From the NCBI RefSeq assembly GCF_006345805.1, contig NC_042999.1, positions 39,618,001 through 39,682,000 on the forward strand: a stretch of 64,000 bases of DNA, written 5' to 3'. Below, in pieces: positions 41,008-53,920 of the stretch. The stretch is from Octopus sinensis (taxonomy: Eukaryota). Under the pieces are notes generated by a model. It was not told the DNA's origin. It saw nothing but the letters and a program-made list of their open reading frames with translations, and did no database searches. The translations under genes and the position numbers were made by a program. The first letter of the stretch is position 1. Every line of letters starts with the position of its first letter.

Positions 41008-43794
41008 CAATAATAGTTCCCTGTTAAAGGTTACTTTAGTTTAAAATTAAGTTTAGTTTAGAGTATTATTTATCTTTAGTTATGTAGTTTAGGCTTTAAT
41101 TATAGTTAGTCTTTAATTGATTTTTCTTTGTTTTAATTAGTTCATGTTTAATGTATATTAATATATAACAGTTTATGGTACGTTAAAACTTTAATAATTT
41201 ATATTAGATTTATTTTATTTTATTTACTTATTTATTTATTTTATTATGTATTTTTATTGAGTATATGTTATATGTATATTTGAGGATATATTATTATGGA
41301 TGATTGGGTGTATTTAGTGGTGTATATATTGAGTTGTTTATGTATGTGTGAATGTTTACGATCCCATCGTATTTTTTTTGGTATGTTGAACATGGCAGTT
41401 TTATTTGGGTATTGTCTGTTATAATATACGTGTATATAGATATTTAGGAGATTGTCCGTGAATATGTAGGTATGGGTGTGTATGAATGTATGCGTGTGTA
41501 CAAGTGCAAGTGTAGATGCGGGAGTGTATGAGTGCTATGTAATAGAGTGGGATTATTTATGCACTTGTATACATGAATGTTTTGAATGTGCGTGTGTTTG
41601 CACCCGTCTGCGTGTACAGACTCATATATAAATATATATATATATATTAATATTTATTTACTTTTTTGAAATACTGTTTTTTATATATATGTGTATGTGA
41701 TGGTATGTGTGAATGTATATATATATATATATTTTTTTATATATATATATGTTTATGTTTGTATATGTATTTATTTAATAAATTATGGAGTGTGGGAATG
41801 AATATATTGGTGTATATATCGAAGTTTGTACGTATGTATATGTTTGTGAGAGTGTGTATATGGTAATGTTTGTGGGTGTGTGTATATATGTGTGTGTTAT
41901 TGTGTGTGTTGTGTTTTTGGTAGGGGTTTTATCTTTTATTTGTATGTATGGATTTCATTTATTTTATTTAGAATTTTTTGGTTTTTAGTCCCCATGCATT
42001 ATAGCTTGGTTTGTTGTTCATGGTAGTTTTTTTGGGTATTGTTTTGTGGCCATTTATACGTATATTTGGAGGTCTAGGAGAGTGTCCGTATATATGTATG
42101 TTGATGGGTGAGTGCATGTGTGCGCGTGTATAAGTGCATGTGTAGATGTGGGAGTGCATGGTGCTATGTAAAAGTGTGTGCTTGTGTATGCACTTGTATA
42201 CATGCATGATTGATGTGCGTGAGATTGCACCCATTTTTTAAGGATGTATATTTATCTGTACGGGTGTGGGAGTGAATTTTGGTGTATATATTGAGGTTTA
42301 TATGTATGTATAGGTATGTGTGAGTGGTGTGGGTATTTGTATATGTTGTGTGTGTGTGGTTTACGTGTGTGTATTTGTGTGTGAATGTATAGGTTATGGG
42401 GATTGCTATATAGGTATGTTATAGTGTTTAGTAAAGGGAGGTTTTATCATTATATGTATTTATGAGTTTTCGTTTATCATGGTAGTTTTATTAAAGAATT
42501 TGTAGTAATTTCTGTATATTTAAGATGTTTGATATTTTATTACATTATTCCATTCATAAGTTTTAAGTAATGTTCGTTTACCACGCGCAAAGAATTTTTA
42601 ATTCCATATATTCCATTCATAATTTTAAATGACGTTCGTTTACATAGCGCGAAGACTTTTTATACATATGTTAGGTTCCTATGGTAACGTACTTTTGTTT
42701 GACGTTATAACGGCTAGAGTTTAATTTCACTTCATAAATTGAAACTGATTTGAAAGTATGTATATATTTTTTTCTCCTTATGTTAATCTTGTTACTTATG
42801 ATATTCTGGTTAATTATGGAGTATTTTCTATATCGTATTATGTGTAGTAATGTTGTTTCTATTTTGAGTGTTTATGTATGTGTGAATGTGTGTGTGTGTG
42901 CGTATTTTAGTTGTGTAATTTATTTATCTGTATGAGTGTGGGTGTGAACATATTGTTGTATATATCGTGTTTAGTACGTATGTATATATATATATATGTG
43001 AGGGGGTATAAGTATATGTTGTGTGTGTGTGTTTTACGTATGTGTATTTGTGTGTGAATGTATATATGGAGATTGCTATATAGGTATTATTGTGTATGGT
43101 TAAAGGGAGTTTTATCATTATATGTATATATGGGTTTCATTTATCATGATGGTTTATTAATGATTTGGAGTAAATTTACGTTGATTATATATTATTCCAT
43201 TCATAATTTTTAAAAATACGTTCGATCACCACGTGTAAAGAATTGTTTATTTTTCTTTTGAGTGTTTATGTATGTGTGAATGTGTGTGTGTGTGTGATTG
43301 TTTGCGTAATTTATTTATCTGTATAGATGTGGGTGTGAATATATTGGAGTATATATCGAGTTCTGTATGTATGTATATGTATGTGTGAGCGGGTGTATGT
43401 ATATTGTTTATGTATGTGGGTTGTATGTGTGTGTGAGGGATTATGAATAAGTAATGTGTTGAAGTATTTGGCTATTTTATTTATTTATCGTTGCCTAGAC
43501 GTTTTTATGTGTATGTATAGGGATATATATGTAGGTGTGTGAGTTAGTGTATGTATTTAGATATGGTTATATATACTTAGTTATAAGTGTATGCGTATGT
43601 GTGTATATGTAGTTTATTTTTATTTTTTTATATTTAATTGCTGATAGGGTTTATTTTAGATTATATATTGATTATATATGGATTATATATAGGTTATATA
43701 TAGATTATATATTTATATTTTTTTATTATTTTAAAATTATTTTAAAATTATTTTAAACTTATATTTTAATATATTGATATTTTAGATCGGAATT

Positions 43795-43838
43795 CCACCT
43801 GAGGATTGTCATTAGAAGACATGAAACAATTGTAGTGG
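43795..43838 (+). ncRNA. Minimal type I hammerhead, pLTR copy 2
   Basis: CCAC-CTGAGGA-TTGTC-ATTAGAA-GACAT-GAAA-CAATTG-TA-GTGG. Intact core, GUA site. Confidence 0.82.
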
Positions 43839-44077
43839 TGTTTTTTTTAACTTTTTATTAAAATTTTATGTATTGATTAAGACTTTCCTTGTTTGTTTTG
43901 CAAAATAGTGGTTTTGTCTCTAATTAATATTACATAATATTTTACTATAAAATTGGATTTAATCCTAAATCTGATTTTTTCCCTGTAAATTTGGATTTAT
44001 TCCCTAATATTTATTATTATTATTATTTAATATTGATAATTTTGTATATTGAGTGTAATACCTCAATTACGTAAATT

Positions 44078-46573
44078 ATGGAATTTACAGGTAAGATAGA
44101 ACCGCTATTTTGGGATTCATCTTTGAAAGATATTCCTATACCTTCTAGAAAGGAATTTCTTTTGAAACTTATTAATAATGCTAAAGGTTTTATTTCTAGA
44201 ATTAAATGGAAAGCTTATTACTATAATTTTTATTTATTTAATGATAATGATGGCAGGAATGATAATTTTACCTCTAAATTTAAATCTAGAAAGGAACCTC
44301 CATTTAATAAAGAATTACAATTACTAGAAGATAGTATATGGAAGGTAGTAAAAAATATTGAATTCCATAAATACCCAAATAGAAATAATGAATATTTAAG
44401 AAACTTAGCAATTAAAATTAAAGATATGAGAAATATGGATGGTAGTGTAGTACAATCTGATAAAACTAGGAATCTATATAAATTAGATGTTAAATTATAT
44501 GATAAACTCTTAGGGAAAGAAATAATTAAAAAATATAACATTGTTCCAGATGATACTCTTTATAATATTAATAAGGCCTCTAAATTAGTAATGTTAAAAT
44601 ATGAGTTGGATAATAAAACTGAACCTTATGTACCTTTGCACCCCAGAATTACTCTTAAAGACCATAAAGATAATTTTTATTCAGACCCTAAAGTTAGATT
44701 AATTTGCCCATGTAAATCTGACCTTGGTAAATTAAGTAAATTTATTTTAGATAAATATATCAATAAGTTAAATAAACTTAATTATTTTAAAATTATGGTT
44801 TAGTAATAACAATACATTGAAATGGTTTAATAATATTAAAGATAAAAATCGTTATAAATTTATTCAAATAGATATAGATAATTATTATTCTTCTATTAAT
44901 GAAATTGTGTTTAATAAAGCACTTATTTTCGCAATGAATAAAGTGGGTATGTCACTTGAAGAAGTTAATGTAATTAAAATGGCTAGGAAATCGCTCATTA
45001 AATATAAAAATAAATTATGGGCTAGGAATGATACTAGAGATTGTTTTGATATACCTATGGGAGCACCAGATTCTGCACAAGCTACTGATTTAGTAGGTAT
45101 TTTTCTTTTATCTGAACTCCTATTAGAAAATCTTAAGATAGAGGGTGGCTTATATAGAGACGATCTTCTATTAGTTACAAAGAATTGTACTAAGAGGAAT
45201 CTAGAAGGATATAAGAAAAAACTATATAGTTTCTTTAAAAGATATGGTTTAAGTATTACCATATATAAGGAGAATTATAATGTTAATTATTTAGATGTTA
45301 ATTTTAATCTAATTACAGGTAAAACACAACCATATCATACACTTAATGAGAACCTTAGATATATAAATGCTAATAGTAATCACCCAATTTCTATTAAAAA
45401 ATCGTTGATTAATAATATAAGTAAACGTATTTCATTACTCTCTTATGATATAGAGATTTTTAATAAACATGCTACTTATTATAATGAGGCCCTTAGAGGG
45501 GCAAGTTATAATAGGAATATTAAATTTTATAATGTTAGTGATAAAGATTTAAATGATAATTTTCGTGATACTTATAATAATAATTATAATTTTGTTAGTA
45601 TTAGTGGTAAAAATAGTAGATATTATAAATATAATAATAAAAATGATAAAAATAAAAATAATAATAAAAATAATAATAAAAATAAGAATAATAAAAATAA
45701 AAATAAATTTAATAATAATTATAATAATAATATTGATAAAATTAATAATATTAATAATTCCTTAAATGCTGTACATAGATATAATTCTGATAATACTTTT
45801 AATAAGATAAAGAATAGTAAATATATTTATAATAATGACAATAATAATAAGGTTAATAAGAATAAAATTTGGTTAATAGTTCCTTATGGTGATCAAGTAA
45901 AAACGAATAATATCAAAGAGATTTTAGATGTTATAGAACTATTTATTAGAGATAATCGTAAGTATAGAAACATTTTCTCTAGTAATAATTTTGGAGTAGG
46001 TTATTCCACCACTAATAATGTAGGTAACATTATTTCTTCATTTAATAAATTTAAACTGAATTATTTTTATAAAAATTAATTATTTGATAATAATAATAAT
46101 AATGATATGACTTATATTAATTGCACTTGTAGAGATAAATCTAAATGTTTATTAAATAATAATTGTGATATTAACGATGTAGTGTATAAATGTATAGTTA
46201 CATTACATGATAATAACTTTAAGAATAATAATTACCCAAAAGCGGTTTATATAGGGTCTACTTCGTCAAAAGTAAAATTAAGAATCGCACAACATATGAA
46301 TTCTTTTAAAAATAAAAACTTAATCAGCTCAACTGGACTTAGTAAGTAAATTTGGAGACTTAAATCACAAAATATTAATTATAGTTTAATTTGGGAAATA
46401 ATATGTAAAACTAAATCATATACTATAGGAGCGAATTGTTGTTATTTATGATCTAATGAGTTTAAAGAAATTTTATTTTATAAGTATGATAATTTACTTA
46501 ATACAGGAGAAGAGCGCAAAATAAATGCAGACATAGGTTATTTTACCTATATAATAAGTTTCATGATAAATAA
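44078..46573 (+). pseudogene. PLE RT + GIY-YIG endonuclease, copy 2
   Basis: ORFs 44078-44803, 44817-46079 (RT motifs DIDNYY, PMG, YRDD, YLDV, HP...K) and 46107-46349 (CTCRDKSKCLLNNNC, VVYKC, YIGST). One extra T near 44786, TAC>TAA at 46347 and one missing A near 46523 relative to copy 1. Confidence 0.92.
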
Positions 46574-49364
46574 CATTAATAGTTCCCTGTTAAAGGTTAC
46601 TTTAGTTTAAAATTAAGTTTAGTTTAGAGTATTATTTATCTTTAGTTATGTAGTTTAGGCTTTAATTATAGTTAGTCTTTAATTGATTTTTCTTTGTTTT
46701 AATTAGTTCGTGTTTAATGTAAATTAATATATAACAGTTTATGGTACGTTAAAACTTTAATAATTTATATTAGATTTATTTTATTTTATTTACTTATTTA
46801 TTTATTTTATTATGTATTTTTATTGAGTATATGTTATATGTATATTTGAGGATATATTATTATGGATGATTGGGTGTATTTAGTGGTGTATATATTGAGT
46901 TGTTTATGTATGTGTGAATGTTTACGATCCCTTCGTATTTTTTTTGGTATGTTGAACATGGCAGTTTTATTTGGGTATTGTCTGTTATAATATACGTTTT
47001 TATAGATATTTAGGAGATTGTCCGTGAATATGTAGGTATGGGTGTGTATGCATGTATGCGTGTGTACAAGTGCAAGTGTAGATGCGGGAGTGTATGAGTG
47101 CTATGTAATAGAGTGGGATTATTTATGCACTTGTATACATGAATGTTTTGAATGTGCGTGTGTTTGCACCCGTCTGCGTGTACAGACTCATATATAAATA
47201 TATATATATATATATTAATATTTATTTACTTTTTTGAAATACTGTTTTTATATATATGTGTATGTGATGGTATGTGTGAATGTATATATATATATATATT
47301 TTATATATATATATGTTTATGTTTGTATGTGTATTTATTTAATAAATTATGGAGTGTGGGAATGAATATATTGGTGTATATATCGAAGTTTGTACGTATG
47401 TATATGTTTGTGAGAGTGTGTATATGGTAATGTTTGTGGGTGTGTGTATATATGTGTGTGTATTTGTGTGTGTTGTGTTTTTGGTAAGGGGTTTTATCTT
47501 TTATTTGTATGTATGGATTTCATTTATTTTATTTAGAATTTTTTGGTTTTTAGTCCCCATGCATTATAGCTTGGTTTGTTGTTCATTGTAGTTTTTTTGG
47601 GTATTGTTTTGTAGCCATTTATACGTATATTTGGATGTCTAGGAGAGTGTCCGTATATATGTATGTTGATGGGTGAGTGTATGTGTGCGCGTGTATAAGT
47701 GCATGTGTAGATGTGGGAGTGCATGGTGCTATGTAAAAGTGTGTGCTTGTGTATGCACTTGTATACATGCATGATTGATGTGCGTGAGATTGCACCCATT
47801 TTTTAAGGATGTATATTTATCTGTACGGGTGTGGGAGTGAGTTTTGGTGTATATATTGAGGTTTATATGTATGTATAGGTATGTGTGAGTGGTGTGGGTA
47901 TTTGTATATGTTGTGTGTGTGTGGTTTACGTGTGTGTATTTGTGTGTGAATGTATAGGTTATGGGGATTGCTATATAGGTATGTTATAGTGTTTAGTAAA
48001 GGGAGGTTTTATCATTATATGTATTTATGAGTTTTCGTTTATCATGGTAGTTTTATTAAAGAATTTGTAGTAATTTCTGTATATTTAAGATGTTTGATAT
48101 TTTATTACATTATTCCATTCATAAGTTTTAAGTAATGTTCGTTTACCACGCGCAAAGAATTTTTAATTCCATATATTCCATTCATAATTTTAAATGACGT
48201 TCGTTTACATAGCGCGAAGACTTTTTATACATATGTTAGGTTCCTATGGTAACGTACTTTTGTTTGACGTTATAACGGCTAGAGTTTAATTTCACTTCAT
48301 AAATTGAAACTGATTTGAAAGTATGTATATATTTTTTTCTCCTTATGTTAATCTTGTTACTTATGATATTCTGGTTAATTATGGAGTATTTTCTATATCG
48401 TATTATGTGTAGTAATGTTGTTTTTATTTTGAGTGTTTATGTATGTGTGAATGTGTGTGTGTGTGTGCGTATTTTAGTTGTGTAATTTATTTATCTGTAT
48501 GAGTGTGGGTGTGAACATATTGTTGTATATATCGTGTTTAGTACGTATGTATATATATATATATATGTGAGGGGGTATAAGTATATGTTGTGTGTGTGTG
48601 TTTTACGTATGTGTATTTGTGTGTGAATGTATATATGGAGATTGCTATATAGGTATTATTGTGTATGGTTAAAGGGAGTTTTATCATTATATGTATATAT
48701 GGGTTTCATTTATCATGATGGTTTATTAATGATTTGGAGTAAATTTACGTTGATTATATATTATTCCATTCATAATTTTTAAAAATACGTTCGATCACCA
48801 CGTGTAAAGAATTGTTTATTTTTCTTTTGAGTGTTTATGTATGTGTGAATGTGTGTGTGTGTGTGATTGTTTGCGTAATTTATTTATCTGTATAGATGTG
48901 GGTGTGAATATATTGGAGTATATATCGAGTTCTGTATGTATGTATATGTATGTGTGAGCGGGTATATGTATATTGTTTATGTATGTGGGTTGTATGTGTG
49001 TGTGAGGGAGTATGAATAAGTAATGTGTTGAAGTATTTGGCTATTTTATTTATTTATCGTTGCCTAGACGTTTTTATGTGTATGTATAGGGATATATATG
49101 TAGGTGTGTGAGTTAGTGTATATATTTAGATATGGTTATATATACTTAGTTATAAGTGTATGCGTATGTGTGTATATATAGTTTATTTTTATTTTGTTTT
49201 ATATTTAATTGTTGATAGGGTTTATTTTAGATTATATATTGATTATATATGGATTATATATAGGTTATATATAGATTATATATTTATATTATTTTATTAT
49301 TTTAAAATTATTTTAAATTATTTTAAACTTATATTTTAATATATTGATATTTTAGATCGCAATT

Positions 49365-49408
49365 CCACCTGAAGATTGTCATTAGAAGACATGAAACAAT
49401 TGTAGTGG
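49365..49408 (+). ncRNA. Minimal type I hammerhead, pLTR copy 3
   Basis: CCAC-CTGAAGA-TTGTC-ATTAGAA-GACAT-GAAA-CAATTG-TA-GTGG. The only core difference from copy 2 is at the variable N7 position. Confidence 0.82.
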
Positions 49409-49690
49409 CGGTTTTTTTACTTTTTATTAAAATTTTATGTATTGATTAAGTCTTTCCTTGTTTGTTTTGCAAAATAGTGGTTTTGTCTCTAATTAATATT
49501 ATATAATATTTTACTATAAAATTGGATTTAATCCTAAATCTGATTTTTTCCCTGTAAATTTGGATTTATTCCCTAATATTTATTATCATATATATATATT
49601 GTTGTATTTAGGAACGGTCATTTTGCCAGTTTAGCCAATAGAATCTTGCAAAACAAATATATATACATATATACATCTAGCTGTCTGTAT

Positions 49691-49696
49691 ATCTAC

Positions 49697-49786
<90 letters not shown>

Positions 49787-49800
49787 GTCTGTCTATCTAC
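49691..49800. repeat. (TCTA)n microsatellite
   Basis: Visible tetranucleotide run. Confidence 0.95.
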
Positions 49801-50118
49801 CTATAGAGAATTTGTATGTGTAATAAAACAAGCTTGCGTCAGTTTAGATTATGATATTTATATCACTGAACCTGATGGCTAAGTTGTTATATGAATATAG
49901 ATCATATCATAAGCAGGAAGGAAGTAATAACGTGTACAGAAATCTTATTATACACACGCACATATATATACGTACATATATCGTTTTCAATATATTCGAA
50001 ATGAATTTATTTAGAACAATTCCAATCACTACTATTAAAACCACAACGGGTCATTTTTGGGTCACTTAACCATTAAGTGGACTGCACCAGCATCCTACTA
50101 TTTTCATACCACTCGTGC

Positions 50119-50124
50119 ATTCTT

Positions 50125-50155
<31 letters not shown>

Positions 50156-50225
50156 TTCTTCTTCCTCTTCTTCTTCTTCTTCTTCACCTTCTTTTTCTTC
50201 TGCTTCATCTTCTTCGTCTTCTACT
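50119..50225. repeat. (TTC)n microsatellite
   Basis: Visible trinucleotide run. Confidence 0.93.
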
Positions 50226-52160
50226 TTATCTTCTTTGTTGCCTTTAATCTACCATATTGTGAAGAATCTACTACATTGTGAACAATATACTGGTCACACG
50301 ACTAAATCCTATTTATATTCTAAAATTATATTTCACTTCGTGAAATATATATCTATCACAGAAATTATTCCTATTCTGACCCAGTTTAATGCCTATACTT
50401 CCTGATTCTAAATTCAAACCTCATGGTCATCCTCGGATCCGTCTGTTAGCAGAGATTATAACCATATCAAATTGTACCTACGTCTTTTCTTACTTTTTAC
50501 ACTCAACTCTAATTATCCCCTACAAAATGTATAAAACTGTCTAGTTCCCTTCCAACTTTATTGTTGGTAACACCTATATTAAAGTTGCATAGAACACCAT
50601 TTTAATCAAGATCAAATCTGGATGTAGAGGAAGAAAGAGGCTGCAAATAAAAAATCACTTAGAGAGATATCCATTCAATAGAAACATGCCGGACTGATGT
50701 TTAAATTAAATATACTGCAGAAATTATTCTAAAAAGGAAATGTGTATAGATATGAAATAATCCTTATGTATTTGAATTCTCTTGCATATACACTCAGTAA
50801 TGCTTTATAACCCAACGAAGCGAGCTCATGATTTATTCATCGGGTGAAATGCATTGTGATTGTTTGAATAGTCTTAGATTAACACACACGATTCGATGAG
50901 GTTAGCTAGAATTTGAATTCTATTCGAGTTCCTGAATGGTACCTATCTGGATTTATTTTCCCTTGAGGGTGGTTAGACAGACTTATGCATATGTTACTAA
51001 ATGCAAGTTTGCCTGCCTCACTATGTACGGATTGCATCTCTCACACTTTGTATAGGATGATGCTTATATATATATATTACTAATGAACATAAAGGCACAG
51101 CTATCTCTCCATGCATGTGTGTATGCACTTATCTGTTTTATTTCCTATAAAGTTCAAGTTTATATCATAGAAATCACCACGAAGTCACAACTCTGTTTTT
51201 TTTTGTTATTTCAGCGATCGTTCTCTCAGCATTACCACTTGTTATTTAACTTCCTCACTCTCTTTTATTATTTGTCTCTATAACTCCACTCACCATTCTT
51301 TTTCCCAGCGTTCTCTCACATGTTCGTTCTCTAAATATTCCCTTGACAAAAGTCCATTGAAGCAAACATCGCATTACTAAGCCTACATTAATTCTTTCGC
51401 CTGCCTTAGCTAACTAAAATCACTATCCGTGTAAATTCAAGCATAAATTCCTTCTTCAGCTCATCGGCTTGTTCTGAAAAAGAAAATAAATACAAAGAAA
51501 ACCTCATGACACAAAATACAAAACTTAAATTATAAACAAGCAAGAAAGAAACCAACAATAATTGCAAAGCAAACGAGTTTAGATTTGCAATTCGGTCATA
51601 GTAGTTGACAAGATGCATTGAAACCTAAGAGATGTCTGTTACATTTGAATGTTTCACACCCATACAGGAGGTAAAATATTTTCTGATATATACTTTGCAA
51701 AATGGAAAGGATGTAAAATACTGTGGGCACAATATATAAGATACATAGCCACACGCAATTATATATAGAAATAAATATATAATTTGTGTGTGTTTGTGTA
51801 TTTCTCCTACGTATCGAATAAATTTATGAATTTTGGATACACTGCAAATGTTACGTCTATCTAGATATATCAATCTCCAAGACATTTTTTGTAACTTTTG
51901 TGCATGCTTACAGTAAACTGGTACATTATTATGGTCGCGTACGTGTTGGCGAGAGTGATTTTGGCTATCACTGACAAAGAAATATATCAGCAACCACTCA
52001 CACAGGAGCACACACGCACACACATAAAAACAGACGAACACACATTCTTACACCTTCACACACACACATAAACACAGATGGACACACTCGCACAAACTCA
52101 CACTCAACTATACATATATAAATATACACCTATATACACATTTACACACAAGTATATTTA

Positions 52161-52690
52161 CACACACGCACATGTAATTATATATATATATATATATATA
52201 GGTGAGAAAGTTGGTGTGTGAGAGCACGTGGTTGAATATATAGAAAATAGTAAAAAGTGAAAAAACTACAGAAGGCTTGTTTTAAAAGGTTACAAAATGT
52301 ATATTTGAGTCAATATGTCTGAAGAATGTTATAAATTTTTTCATACAATGACATAGTTTTTGAAGAAATGACCGGTTTCGCGTTCAGCTTTTCAAATTTC
52401 TTATATATATATATATATATATATATATCTTCATGCATACGCACACGCACACATTTCCGCTGACCAATTGCTGTGTGTCACTAAAAACTTAATTATGATT
52501 TTCTTTACCTGGATTTGTGAATTATGGTTAATAAAAATGTTGTATCATGAAATATACAATTATTCTTTTTAATTTGATATATTAAACGCTATATAAAAGC
52601 CTACGTTTAAGTATTATATTAAACTCGCAACTTTAGTTTAGTCGAATTCTTTGAGAAGCAATCAATTTAAGATCTGATACTCGCAGTATA
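52161..52690 (+). repeat. Local duplication, copy 1 (partner 56191-56470), with a ~200-bp insert in its (TA)n
   Basis: CACACACGCACATGTAATTA(TA)n and TCTTCATGCATACGCA...GATCTGATACT are shared with 56191-56470. 52201-52402 is absent there. Confidence 0.88.
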
Positions 52691-53789
52691 TTATTTGAAG
52701 TAAAAACCATTTAGAAAATCTAAGAAATGGATCCAAAAACAGTTTGTGCATGCATTTAACGAACAGAAAGTGAAGTAATTTTAGTGTACACTAAATTATT
52801 TGTCGAGAAACTGAACTAAAATATATTTTAAACGATCGTACTGATAGAAATATTGCTATATCTGCTGCATTTACTATTCGCATTTCACCTATGCTGCAGG
52901 CTCTATTTCAGATGGACAGTTGCAGCAGGAAATAGTTCATTTCTAGACGTTTTCAGGGATACATTTGGCGTGAAATCGTTTTTACGAATATGACTAGGAG
53001 ATATTTCCATCTCGTACGCTTCATTTGAACGCTGTGTATAACGACGTGATTGAAAATTGCTTGTTTTGTTAGCGGTCCATATATTGCCTGAGTGGTTTGC
53101 CAATGCTCTTGCCTGGAATTCATTTTATTTTATTTTATCTTACTCGAGAATGTTAAATTACGTTAAATTGCTTGTAGTGCATTATGCACACACACACACA
53201 AAGATACGTACGTACACAAGCGCACACAGCCACATACATATGTGTGCATATGTATATACTATCACCTATTCACTGGTTATTTTTTATGTCGTTAGCTCAC
53301 GAATCTGCCCGTGGTAGATACTGATATTGTTTAATAAAATGCAGTCACCTAAGTTCAACTCCAGTCACATCACTATGGTAATTAAGAAAAGTCGATGGAA
53401 TACAAAAATGACACGAAACATTTAATGCGGGAACAAAATTAATGTATACTGTTGATCAAATAAAAAGATAGATTAGATATTTCGAGACAACACTCGAGCT
53501 CAATTCAAGACATCTTGAAAAGGTTTGTAGCGTACAACAGCCGAAGCGCAGTGAAATCAACAATCAAGATTAGCACACTAGTCGGACTAATACAAATAAT
53601 ATACACAATATAAATTTACCACCTCACAAATACAGAGTTGTATTATCCTAGAATTTTTAAACACTTATGCTTTTTCTATGTTTCCTATTCATAAATGTCT
53701 TTTTTTGTTTTCCGTTAGTAACATATTTACTGTTTTCTATGATACTCACGTATTCAGTTTTATTTATCTGAACCTCCAAACATATAAAA

Positions 53790-53920
53790 TTCTTTTGTAC
53801 TCTTGGCACAAGGCCCGAAATTTTGGAAAAAGGGGCCAGTACGCACCTTGCACCTAATTTATCCACCCTGAAATGATGTAAGGCAACGTCGGCCTGGTCG
53901 GAATTTCAACTCAGAACGTT
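53790..53920 (-). mobile_element. Degenerate SINE, family C
   Basis: GGAATTTCAACTCAGAACGT is the reverse complement of the family C ACGTTCTGAGTT-AAAT segment. Confidence 0.6.

Larger units (their letters stand above)
36361..49586 (+). mobile_element. Head-to-tail tandem array of a Penelope-like retroelement (C-terminal EN; Nematis-like, tentative)
   Basis: Equivalent positions 36708/42265/47830 (periods 5557 and 5565). Three ~1.75 kb pseudo-LTRs around two RT-EN units. (TA)n on both flanks. Confidence 0.93.

Noticed and set aside
41299-41335. ATGA...TGAG as a possible SECIS
   Set aside because: Weak, G-U-dominated stem and no apical AA. A second ATGA candidate near 43147 also paired poorly.
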